Positions 19,358 to 28,706 of a stretch of DNA of 64,000 bases are shown here, in pieces. The DNA is taken from positions 1-64,000 of IMG/VR virus record IMGVR_UViG_3300026512_000002. One strand, given 5' to 3'. How positions within the stretch are numbered: the first letter of the stretch is position 1; each line of letters opens with the position of its first letter. The translations under genes were made by a program, and so were the position numbers. The notes under the pieces are model-generated. The model was not told the origin of the DNA. It worked only from the letters and a program-made list of their open reading frames with translations, and searched no databases.

Positions 19358-20237
19358 TATGGCGGAAATATTTTACGAAACGTCAATACTATGGGAAAGC
19401 GTATCCCTAAAAAAAACAGGCCGCACTGGCGTACCAGGAACACCAAGTAGAGATCTTGGTCAACAAAAAAATCCGTTTGGCCAACGAAAATGATCCATGT
19501 TGTCTGGGAGTATTAGTATGCTCCATTGAAGGACAGTCTCTGGTGATAATGGCAAAAGGTCGAAAGGCCTGGAAAGAAGACGAAATTCGTAACAATGTCT
19601 AAGATAATGGCATTGGGGTATAAAGGGCGGTGGCCTGGAAGTCCTACGATATAAGTCTTTTTTACATAGGTGTATCTTTGATATATTTATGTAACGCTTT
19701 TTCCGTTCAAATGATGAGAAAAGCTATGCTTAATGGCGAAAGCCAAAAAGTAAGCTTTAAGATCATCAATATTGATCGGGTGAAGCAACTCCTACATAAT
19801 AATGATTGGACAAGTGCCATTGGGCACGAAGATGTCGCAATCATTGTTTCTAAAGAATTGGGAATGGAGGTTAAACATAACCGAATTTCCCATTCTTTAG
19901 AAAAGGAGGATGTCTTGATTTTAAGGCAGTATTTCGGAGGGCGTTTGCCCGAAGGAACTACTACCTTAAATGAAGATCAGCTCAAGTTATTGAGCTGGGT
20001 AGAAATTACTCTTAGCAAGTAATTTCTATTTATCCTTCTAAGCTAACAGTTTAATTCGGTTTGACTAACCGAAGTATATTGTTAGTAGGAGTGGAAACAA
20101 AAAAACCTAATAGGTCGGCCAGGTAGGAATGGCCGTTGACTAGACATAGTCTTAAAGAGAGTTAGTCACTCTCAATATTCCGATCCATCAAAAAAAAACA
20201 CCACCCGTTCTGGGTGGTGTTACTAATCCTTTTTTTT
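19357..20237 (+). other. Highly structured early transcript enclosing acrIII-1 (~320-nt 5' and ~200-nt 3' folded regions)
   Basis: Early promoter, continuous helices, 5'/3' end pairing (19359-19372 with 20174-20188), terminator AACACCACCC/GGGTGGTGTT. Confidence 0.7.
19678..20022 (+). CDS. acrIII-1: AcrIII-1 viral ring nuclease (DUF1874; degrades cA4, anti-type III CRISPR)
   Basis: MIYLCNAFSVQM, SAIGH (catalytic His), NRI, LEKED and GGRLPEG match the SIRV1 gp29/STIV B116 family; TTG start after AGGTG. Confidence 0.9.
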   Translation: MIYLCNAFSVQMMRKAMLNGESQKVSFKIINIDRVKQLLHNNDWTSAIGHEDVAIIVSKELGMEVKHNRISHSLEKEDVLILRQYFGGRLPEGTTTLNEDQLKLLSWVEITLSK

Positions 20238-20276
20238 ATCATTAAACAATCTATTAATACATTATATAGGATTAAT

Positions 20277-21398
20277 ATGGAATTTGTAAAAGGCAATATA
20301 GAAATAAGTGATTTACCTACAGGTTTATCAGATGAGATATTGAGTAAAATAGATACTATTATTAAAATAAATGATAGTATTAAAGGTTTTATATGCTCCA
20401 CTGAACCAATACCTATCTTTGTGGGGTATAAGAATTTTGGTTTACCATCAGGTTGTTTTGAAGAATATTGTAAAAAACTTAATTTAAAAACAATGGTTAT
20501 TGAGTATAATGGTGAGCGTATATTTATAGATATTAGATCAAAATTATTTGTAGATACAGTAAATGGTGATTCTATACAACCATATGTTGATTATGATCTA
20601 AATCCTGATATAATAAATATATCTACAAATACTGTTGGTAACATCACCATTTATGGTGAATGTTTTGATAGTAATATGGGTGTTATTATTGATGATGTGT
20701 TAGATGTGGTTAATATAGTATGTGATAAACCAAATGAAATAATATTGACATATAATACATATGACGATGTTGGTGAAACGGTGATAGAACTTGTACGGGG
20801 AAGTACTAGATCTTTTGGTAAAAAAATAAAAGTAAAAATATCGGATATTGTCAAAGGTAGTGGCCAACCTGGTGTTTTTTTAACAAATTTTGAAAATTGT
20901 AAAAATGGTGAGAATTTATGGGGTGTTGAATGGGATACAAAAGTATTTGGTAAAATATCTTCAGTTGAATCATTTTTTAAATCATCAAAAGCTGGTACGC
21001 CTAGTGTTGGTACAGGTCCTAATGATGTAAATGTTTTTACTAACAGTAAATGTTATATGTACACTGAGCGTAGTGGTGAAAATTATAATAGTGGTCAATA
21101 TGCTACTGTTACTACTAATAATTTTGCTATATTAGATGAGGTAACCTTTGAATACCATCTAGCTACTAATAATACCAATGTTGAAGTGTTTTTAAGAGCA
21201 TATAATGTCAAAACCATGAATTGGGACATTTTATGGTCACATTCTGGACCTGGTGTTCATAAACAAAATGATAAAGCAAGTTTGATAGAAATAAAAAATA
21301 TAAATAATAATTATAATATGCTTCAATTTTATTTTGGAGAGACTAATAATTGGGGTGGTGATCTAGCATTAAGTAATATTAAAATAGTGTCTAAATAA
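20277..21398 (+). CDS. Virion protein with IPT-like and C-terminal MAM-like domain
   Basis: TPSVGTGP...YMYTERS and GDLALSNI MAM-like motifs; late promoter at 20245; paralogue of 24397..25527. Confidence 0.65.
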   Translation: MEFVKGNIEISDLPTGLSDEILSKIDTIIKINDSIKGFICSTEPIPIFVGYKNFGLPSGCFEEYCKKLNLKTMVIEYNGERIFIDIRSKLFVDTVNGDSIQPYVDYDLNPDIINISTNTVGNITIYGECFDSNMGVIIDDVLDVVNIVCDKPNEIILTYNTYDDVGETVIELVRGSTRSFGKKIKVKISDIVKGSGQPGVFLTNFENCKNGENLWGVEWDTKVFGKISSVESFFKSSKAGTPSVGTGPNDVNVFTNSKCYMYTERSGENYNSGQYATVTTNNFAILDEVTFEYHLATNNTNVEVFLRAYNVKTMNWDILWSHSGPGVHKQNDKASLIEIKNINNNYNMLQFYFGETNNWGGDLALSNIKIVSK

Positions 21399-21525
21399 GA
21401 GATTTTTTTGTAATAGTTTTGGTTAAACATATTGATGATAAATATGTTGTTTGGATAGATGAGAACGTATAATCTTTAATCGTTCCAATATCTGATTTAG
21501 ATGTGTTAGTAAAAGAAGAAATGTT

Positions 21526-21800
21526 GTAAATATACAAAATAAAGAGGGTAAAATTCCTTTACATACAGTTATTCAAGATAGTCGATCTGAAATGGTAAAA
21601 CTGCTTATTAGAAATGGAGTAGACTTAAATACTCAAGATAATGAAGGTAAAATTCTTTTATATTTAGTTATAAAGGAAAGATAGTTTGAAGTAGTTAAAG
21701 TGCTTATTAAAAATGGTGTAGATATAGTTATACAAGATGATGAAGACAAAACCTTTTTGCATATGGATATAAGAGAAATGTAATTCAAAATGGTAATTTT
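21526..21800 (+). pseudogene. Ankyrin-repeat gene remnant
   Basis: VNIQNKEGKIPLHTVI...MVKLLIRNGVDLNTQDNEGKILLY...R*FEVVKVLIKNGVDIVIQDDEDKTFLH...* ; in-frame TAG and TAA, no start codon. Confidence 0.85.
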
Positions 21801-22071
21801 TTTTTAATCAAAAAGGTGTAATCATAAAGAAAAGAAATAAAAAGAAAATATTTTTTAAGAGCGTCTTCGATTAATAAATATCACACATATTATAAAGAAA
21901 CATACATTATTAAAATAATTATACTTTTACTGGTAAATCTTTATAAGAGTTTGAATATTCTTTAGAATCTTTGCTTTTTTTATTAATAAATCTATTTTAT
22001 TATGATTTAAACAATTTCTATTTTTAGTAAATTCTTGTCTGATAATATACTTATTAATTAACTATGATCCT

Positions 22072-22381
22072 AAAAAAAACATCTTACCATATCACATTAT
22101 GTCTAGGTGACATAACATGACTTAGGTTTTTTAGAATAAGAGATTGCTCTCTCGCGGATGATCGATGTTTAGCATCCGTCATGGTTCCTACACCATATTC
22201 TTACATGTTCGACAATTTAAAGGATCATTATGTCAGATGATCCTACCTTTATTGGTTTGCCTTAAGTTGGTTAGACTCAACGTGACTCTAGCTACAATGC
22301 TTATTTCACCCTTTCGGGTAGATATCACGATTAACCCATTACCAATGGGTTTATATTATAGGATAAATAATATACCCTATC
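22072..22381 (-). ncRNA. Putative structured early ncRNA (~310 nt)
   Basis: Minus-strand TATATTAT-N6-G (G at 22381); hairpins ACCCATT/AATGGGT, ACCC-GAAA-GGGT, GGATCAT/ATGATCC, GAGA-GCAA-TCTC; U-tract end. Confidence 0.7.
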
Positions 22382-22473
22382 AATGATATAATATATGTTT
22401 GAATGTATTATATATACGATTTTTTTATTTACTATATTAAACAATTTATTAATGAAACTATGAGGTGTATGAA

Positions 22474-23454
22474 ATGGAAAAGTATAAAGGTTTGGTAATA
22501 GAAGGCGGTGGTGCCAGAGGTATTGTTTATGGTGGAGCATTACAGGCTATGGGAAAAAAAGGTGTATTGGGAAATATAATACATTATATGGGGACATCTG
22601 TAGGATCGATAACCGCATTGATGTTGGTATTGGGATATACTCCTCAAGAAATTGTTATTAAAACGGTTAATTTGCGAAGTGATGATATATTGAAAAAAGA
22701 TTTTTTTTTCTATATAAACGATGCTAAGAACTCGGAAAATGTTTTTAGTATTGCTAAATATATCATGTTAGGGTTAACCATAGGTTTATTTAGGGTTCCT
22801 GTGAATTTAATACATTTATTTTTTTTTGAAAATGGTTATTATGATAATGCTCCGTTGCGAAAATGGATTGAGAAATTGTTAGTCGATAAAGGTTTCGATA
22901 AAGATACTTCATTTAAAACAATATGGGAAAAAACTGGAAAAAAATTATATATTACAACAACTAATTGGGACCGAGAATATGTTAGAGTTTTTAGTGTTGA
23001 TGATGACAATGTCTCTGTATTAGATGCTGTTATGATCAGTGTATCTATACCCTATTTTTTTAGATCTGTAAATATAGGCGGTGAAAGATATGTTGACGGT
23101 GGTTTAGTGGCTAATTATAATATAGATTATTTATCTGATAATAATATTATAAATGCTAAGGATATAATAGGTTTACGTGTTGATGATAAATCTGAAATAG
23201 CTGGATTCAATGAAGGAAAATTATTTAAAGTTAAAAAGAAAAAAAAGAATTTTTTACAAAGTTTAATTAATACTATAGATATCATGTATGCTGGTGCCAA
23301 TACTCCTACATTGAGAGGAAAACATGAGCAAACAACAATACGATTATCTGATCACGGTATAGGGGTTGTTGATTTTTCAATGAATAAAGAAAAAAAACTA
23401 TATTATAGTGATTTGGGATATATTGATTTTTCAAACAAATATAAACATCAATAA
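22474..23454 (+). CDS. Patatin-like phospholipase
   Basis: GGGARG oxyanion loop, GTSVG nucleophile elbow, SVSIP, DGG catalytic Asp. Confidence 0.92.
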   Translation: MEKYKGLVIEGGGARGIVYGGALQAMGKKGVLGNIIHYMGTSVGSITALMLVLGYTPQEIVIKTVNLRSDDILKKDFFFYINDAKNSENVFSIAKYIMLGLTIGLFRVPVNLIHLFFFENGYYDNAPLRKWIEKLLVDKGFDKDTSFKTIWEKTGKKLYITTTNWDREYVRVFSVDDDNVSVLDAVMISVSIPYFFRSVNIGGERYVDGGLVANYNIDYLSDNNIINAKDIIGLRVDDKSEIAGFNEGKLFKVKKKKKNFLQSLINTIDIMYAGANTPTLRGKHEQTTIRLSDHGIGVVDFSMNKEKKLYYSDLGYIDFSNKYKHQ

Positions 23455-23467
23455 ATAGAGGACAAAT

Positions 23468-24388
23468 ATGAATGAATTACAGAAAGATGAGCTTAAAGTA
23501 TTGGAAACTAGTTTTAGAGAATTAAAAGAGTCCGTATTGGACAATATAAACCCAACATTACTATCTCGTGAATTAGGTTTTATGAATCCAATTGCAATAA
23601 ATATAAAACAGTGGTCTATGGATCTATATCTATATTATATTAATAAGAAAAAAGATATTTTAGATAATCCTGATAGTGAAATAGATATAAATTTTGATGA
23701 AGTTGGGATGTTGCAATATGATAATGATGATTTAGTTAAAAGTATAAGTTCGGTATCTATGTATAAAATTGCTAATTATATTGATAAACCTTTTACTGAT
23801 ATTAAAATAAATCAAGTTGATTTTAAAAGAGATTTGAAAGCTGATATTGTTTTAAACAAAAAAGTGACAAGGAGTGCTAATGGTAGACCTATTAAATCAG
23901 AATATTTTCTTGTTGATGAATTAATGGCAGTAATATACTTTGATTTTAAAACAGATTCGTCTAATCTAATAGTTGAGAGAACAGAAACATTATATTATAT
24001 TAAAAAGGATAATACTAAAGGAACTCCTATCATAATTAAACAAAAAAAATATGATCTAACCAATCCGACTGATGCAGCATTAGCTATTAAGGAACGTGTT
24101 AATAGTAGAAAATTTATTACAGAAGCTATAATGGTTTTTATAAATGGGGTACTACAGCAATATCATCCTGACAAAACACAGTACCAAATAATTTTAATGA
24201 CGCTATCATATTGGAATTATTCTGAAAAAACTAGATTAGATTTTATAAATTTAGGATTAGAATATTGGGAAGATGATTTGAGAAATATGGTGTCGCCAGC
24301 ACCAGATGACTATGCATGGTTAGATTATACTATAGATGATAACGGTACTAGTGTTAAAGATTATATGATAGCAATGTTGTCATATTAA
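23468..24388 (+). CDS. Hypothetical late (probably tail-associated) protein
   Basis: 306-aa ORF with SD GAGG in the late operon. Confidence 0.7.
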   Translation: MNELQKDELKVLETSFRELKESVLDNINPTLLSRELGFMNPIAINIKQWSMDLYLYYINKKKDILDNPDSEIDINFDEVGMLQYDNDDLVKSISSVSMYKIANYIDKPFTDIKINQVDFKRDLKADIVLNKKVTRSANGRPIKSEYFLVDELMAVIYFDFKTDSSNLIVERTETLYYIKKDNTKGTPIIIKQKKYDLTNPTDAALAIKERVNSRKFITEAIMVFINGVLQQYHPDKTQYQIILMTLSYWNYSEKTRLDFINLGLEYWEDDLRNMVSPAPDDYAWLDYTIDDNGTSVKDYMIAMLSY

Positions 24389-24396
24389 GGGGGTTT

Positions 24397-25527
24397 ATGA
24401 AATTTATTGATTTTACATTAAATGATGATAGTTTATTAGAAATAAATGATAAGCACTATTATGCTGATGTTAATGTTAAGGTGACTGATGATTTTGATAA
24501 TACATTATGCTATATAATTGTCAATACTATACCTATTGTATTAAATGATATTAATGTTGGTGATGTAAACGTTTACAATATTATAAATGAATATTTATAC
24601 GCTTATAATATTAACGTTGTCGGTATATATATTGTATACAAAGATGTTAGTAAATATGTGTTGAATAATAATATGATAAATGTTAATGGTGCTGATAAAT
24701 ATCGTTTACAATATATTAAACCATTCATATATAATGATACTAATATTAAATTACCAAAAAAAACAACTGCTGATATAACTATAACTGGTGGTAATTTTGA
24801 TGATAGTATGATTTTTAAAATAGATGATGTTATTATTAATAGTTTTAATATAATATCAGATTCAACCATTATTATAAATGTAACAACTCCAGATACTGCA
24901 ATTGGTGTTAGAGAGCTTACTATAAGTAGAGCTGGTATGGTAGCTTTTGGCGGATCTATTAATTTGGAAATAATTGATAATGTTATTGGTGATGGTCCTA
25001 GTGGTGAGTTTTTAACTGATTTTAATATGAATACAAGTGGTGGTGATCTATGGGGAAGTTCTTGGGTGTTGGAGACTTTTGGAGGTGCTAGTAATATCGA
25101 TGGGTTTTTTAAATCATCTAATGTTGGAACACCATCTGGTAAGACTGGTCCTAATAGTAAAAATGTATTCAGTTATTATAATGATAGATATATGTTTACT
25201 GAACGTTCGTCTGAAAATTTTGGAACTGGTAAATATGCTATCGCAACTACTAATTACTTTAGTGACTTAACTAAAATTGAATTAGAGTATCATCGGTATG
25301 GTAGTAGTATGGCTGATTTTATTATAGAGTGTCGCGATAGTTTTGGATCCTGGATTGAGAAATATAGATTATCTGGACAACAACAGAGTAAAAATAATGA
25401 TGTTGGAACATATGTGTCTATCGATACTACATTATGGGATTGTGATATGGTTAGATTTGTTTTCGGTGAAGCTAGTAATTATGATTCGGATATGGCTATT
25501 AGTTTTATTAAATTAACATCCGTCTAA
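24397..25527 (+). CDS. Virion protein with IPT/TIG and MAM-like domains
   Basis: ITITGGNF IPT pattern; TPSGKTGP...YMFTERS; FEYHRYG-like LEYHRYG; SDMAISFI. Confidence 0.65.
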   Translation: MKFIDFTLNDDSLLEINDKHYYADVNVKVTDDFDNTLCYIIVNTIPIVLNDINVGDVNVYNIINEYLYAYNINVVGIYIVYKDVSKYVLNNNMINVNGADKYRLQYIKPFIYNDTNIKLPKKTTADITITGGNFDDSMIFKIDDVIINSFNIISDSTIIINVTTPDTAIGVRELTISRAGMVAFGGSINLEIIDNVIGDGPSGEFLTDFNMNTSGGDLWGSSWVLETFGGASNIDGFFKSSNVGTPSGKTGPNSKNVFSYYNDRYMFTERSSENFGTGKYAIATTNYFSDLTKIELEYHRYGSSMADFIIECRDSFGSWIEKYRLSGQQQSKNNDVGTYVSIDTTLWDCDMVRFVFGEASNYDSDMAISFIKLTSV

Positions 25528-25617
25528 ATAATTTATAACTAATATTGTTTGAATATTAAATTAATAATGACCCATTATTTTAGCAACAACTAAATAAGCA
25601 ATATAGTAGAGTGAGAT

Positions 25618-25824
25618 ATGAATGAAGTTGAGATAAAAAGTTTAAGTTTAGCAGCATACATTATGACTAGTGGAGTCAAACTTATTAAGATTAATGATAA
25701 TAGAACATATATTCTTAATACAGACAGAAGTGAAGATGAGTGGATGTTGGAATATGTTTCTTCTAAATGTAGTGAATTTGATAGAAACATTATGAATCTA
25801 AAATGGTTCATGAAAAAAAAATAA
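25618..25824 (+). CDS. Small DUF5659-like protein
   Basis: SLSLAAYIMTSGVKL pattern; late promoter at 25585. Confidence 0.55.
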   Translation: MNEVEIKSLSLAAYIMTSGVKLIKINDNRTYILNTDRSEDEWMLEYVSSKCSEFDRNIMNLKWFMKKK

Positions 25825-25846
25825 TATTAATTTTTAGAGGTAAATT

Positions 25847-27625
25847 ATGGCAATTACACAATTAAGAGGAAATACCCAAATAATGGACAATACGATTATA
25901 TTGGGGAAAATGCAATCAGATTTTTTATCTGGGCAAACATGGAATTTATCATCTGCTAACGATGCTGTTTTAACAGGATTGGGATCACCTACTTCAAACA
26001 ACGATGCTGCTAATAAAGCATATGTTGATGGTTTAGTTGATACTAGTATGAAAGCACCTGATGGATATAGTACTAATGCTGCAGGAGATTACCCAACAGA
26101 TTATAAGGGTACAGGTTTAGTTTCTGAAGGCGACACTTTTTACATTACAAATGTATCTAATGGTACAACTGTTGGTGCAAAAACTGTTAATGTTGGCGAT
26201 TTATTAGTAGCATTAGTTGATACACCGGGCAATACTGATAATAATTGGGTTATCATGGAAACCAATAGAGATCAGGCTACTGAAACAATTAAAGGTGTTG
26301 CTGAAATAGCAACACAAACTGAAGCAGATACTGGTACAAATGATACTAATATAATAACACCTTTGAAATTAGCAACATATTTATCAAATGCTAATATAAG
26401 TTCTATTACAGCATCCAATGGTTTAACTAAAACTGGTAATGATATACAATTAGGTGGTACATTAACTGGTAATGTTAGTGTAGACACACAAGATCATGAT
26501 ATAACTATTGCTAATACGGTTACTGATAATACCGGTACAATAACTTTAGGCGATGATGCTAAAACCAATACTACTGTTATTGATGCTAATACGGCTATAA
26601 ATATAGGTATTGGAACAAGTAGTGGTAATATTTCATTAGCAACTGGTATGAGTGGTAATAATGTTACTATAGGCTCTGCTAGTTCAAGTGGTACTCTTAG
26701 TGTTGAGATGGGTGTTGTGAATGTAGCATCTAGTAACAATTTAGTGCTTAATTCACTTAGTGGGCAAGTTGTACTAGGTAGTGGTAGTAGTACTGCTGTT
26801 ACATTCAACGATAGTGAGGTTGGTGCTGCTGCAACAACTACAGCTATACCTTTTGCAATTACAGATAGTGCTAGTGGGACAGCTGGGAAAATTATAGATG
26901 ATTTTAGAGCAGCATTTACAGATGAAGGTGTTGTAAATGCAATTGTTGCTAACTACAATGCAATTGCATCAAGTTCTACTACAGCATCCAATGGTTTAAC
27001 TAAAACTGGTAATGATATACAATTAGGTGGTACGTTAACTGGCGACACTACAATTGATGTTGTTGGTAACGCTTTTACTATTAATGATGGTTATGGTTTA
27101 GGAACATTTAATGTTGGTGATAACACCAATCCTATGAGATCTACTTTTATAGGTCAATTTAGAGTTCTTAATGATGGTGATAATATTATCTTAAAATCTG
27201 GTGATACTGGTGGTTTAAATAGTGCTGGTGATATCACTTTAAGTGCTATAGGTGCATCAGGTGGTGATGGTAATGTTTTACTAGAAACAGGTGGTGGTAA
27301 TACTATTAAGTTTACAGCTAATTCAAACGATGTTGTATTAGACGCACAACCAGATGGTACTGTTGCATTAGCAGTCGCTACAACACAATATGTTGACACA
27401 GCTGTAGGTGGAACTAAAGTTTTTAATGAGTTACCTACTGTTACAAATGCTTCTACTGATGTAACACTAGCTAATGCTCCAGCAACTAACACACAAGTAG
27501 TATATCTTAATGGTATTGTACAAGCACCTGGTGCTAGTAACGATTATACTGTTTCTGGTACAACTATTACATTTAGTTCAGCTCTTCAAACTGGTGATGT
27601 TGTATTAGTTAATTATTTATATTAA
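25847..27625 (+). CDS. Tail fibre protein
   Basis: DAANKAYVD and ATETIKGVAEIATQTEAD...ITPLKL fibre repeats; duplicated TASNGLTKTGNDIQLGGTLTG; C-terminal VYLNG...DYTVSG domain. Confidence 0.8.
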   Translation: MAITQLRGNTQIMDNTIILGKMQSDFLSGQTWNLSSANDAVLTGLGSPTSNNDAANKAYVDGLVDTSMKAPDGYSTNAAGDYPTDYKGTGLVSEGDTFYITNVSNGTTVGAKTVNVGDLLVALVDTPGNTDNNWVIMETNRDQATETIKGVAEIATQTEADTGTNDTNIITPLKLATYLSNANISSITASNGLTKTGNDIQLGGTLTGNVSVDTQDHDITIANTVTDNTGTITLGDDAKTNTTVIDANTAINIGIGTSSGNISLATGMSGNNVTIGSASSSGTLSVEMGVVNVASSNNLVLNSLSGQVVLGSGSSTAVTFNDSEVGAAATTTAIPFAITDSASGTAGKIIDDFRAAFTDEGVVNAIVANYNAIASSSTTASNGLTKTGNDIQLGGTLTGDTTIDVVGNAFTINDGYGLGTFNVGDNTNPMRSTFIGQFRVLNDGDNIILKSGDTGGLNSAGDITLSAIGASGGDGNVLLETGGGNTIKFTANSNDVVLDAQPDGTVALAVATTQYVDTAVGGTKVFNELPTVTNASTDVTLANAPATNTQVVYLNGIVQAPGASNDYTVSGTTITFSSALQTGDVVLVNYLY

Positions 27626-27657
27626 TAAACAGTCTAAAGTAATACATATATAGAATT

Positions 27658-27687
27658 AAGGGTGGTGTTATATCACCCTTTTTTTTA
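27658..27687 (+). terminator. Intrinsic terminator
   Basis: AAGGGTGGT/ATCACCCTT plus T-tract. Confidence 0.75.
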
Positions 27688-27858
27688 CAACTCCTTATAA
27701 TGATTGATTATAGTTCACTAATCATATTTATTATTAATATTATTTAAATTAATATAACTCATCTTCATATTATATATAATATGTTGTAAAAAAAAGGAAT
27801 TTAAATATGTTAAATTCCTTTAATGTGCAACATATATCACATCCTATCATTTTATAAA

Positions 27859-28131
27859 TTAACCATAATAAATAGTTTCAATATTATAGCTAATGCATGG
27901 CACATCAATCACCATGTTAATCCAATTATTTTTTAGTATGTTATTATATTTAAAATATATAAAATTAAGATGTTTTTCTGTTTTAAAAATAATATTGTCG
28001 TATCGATCCAATATTGTATATTGGGATATTTCATCTAGTATTGTTGTTTTACGGCTTGGTACTTTGACCAATTTTAAGAACTCTGTTTTTTTAATAATGT
28101 ACATAGATTTCCTATTTCTGATTTGGAACAT
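27859..28131 (-). CDS. Hypothetical protein
   Basis: 90-aa ORF overlapping the end of the upstream gene. Confidence 0.5.
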   Translation of the reverse strand: MFQIRNRKSMYIIKKTEFLKLVKVPSRKTTILDEISQYTILDRYDNIIFKTEKHLNFIYFKYNNILKNNWINMVIDVPCISYNIETIYYG

Positions 28132-28441
28132 AGTATTCTATGTAATCGGCACCATCTGTGATAGCAGTGTTTGCAATATCTAATATGGTAGATATATCGT
28201 CATCATTATCATAAACCTTAAACAGCGTAGATTCATGTGATAATAATCTGAATATACCGATTTGGTATCCAGTGTCTCCATATATTGAAACTCTAACTAA
28301 TTCGCCATCTTTATCACTATATCTAAATTCTAATATATTTGAATATTCGAGTGTGAATTTATCAAATAACATTGCTAATTCTTCATCGTTTATATATGCG
28401 ATAGACATCATTTCCATTGTATTGATTATTTCATTTCTCAT
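28112..28441 (-). CDS. Hypothetical acidic protein
   Basis: SD GGAGG; 109 aa. Confidence 0.75.
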   Translation of the reverse strand: MRNEIINTMEMMSIAYINDEELAMLFDKFTLEYSNILEFRYSDKDGELVRVSIYGDTGYQIGIFRLLSHESTLFKVYDNDDDISTILDIANTAITDGADYIEYYVPNQK

Positions 28442-28706
28442 TTTCCCTCCGTTAAAAAAGATTTATTTGTAACTATATGTTATCAATCATATTAATTAGT
28501 CACATATATGTAACTTGGCAAGTTTACATTGTCATACTAAATGTCTCCCACAATATATGTAGAGGTTATCAGTTTGTAAAAATTTATTATAGTTTGTTAA
28601 TGAATATGATACATGATTATAGAAATAATATGTAATTAATTAATATATAAAATTATACTATCATTAGTCTATAATAGCATAATAGCTATATTTAAACATA
28701 TATTAA

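Noticed and set aside
21682-21684. TAG recoding (alternative genetic code)
   Set aside because: Many intact genes end in TAG and long ORFs are uninterrupted under code 11; the ankyrin remnant also has a TAA stop and missense decay.
22225-22265. c-di-GMP-I riboswitch (GGCAAACC on the minus strand)
   Set aside because: Lacks the GNRA-capped P2 and the following GACGCAAAG-type consensus.
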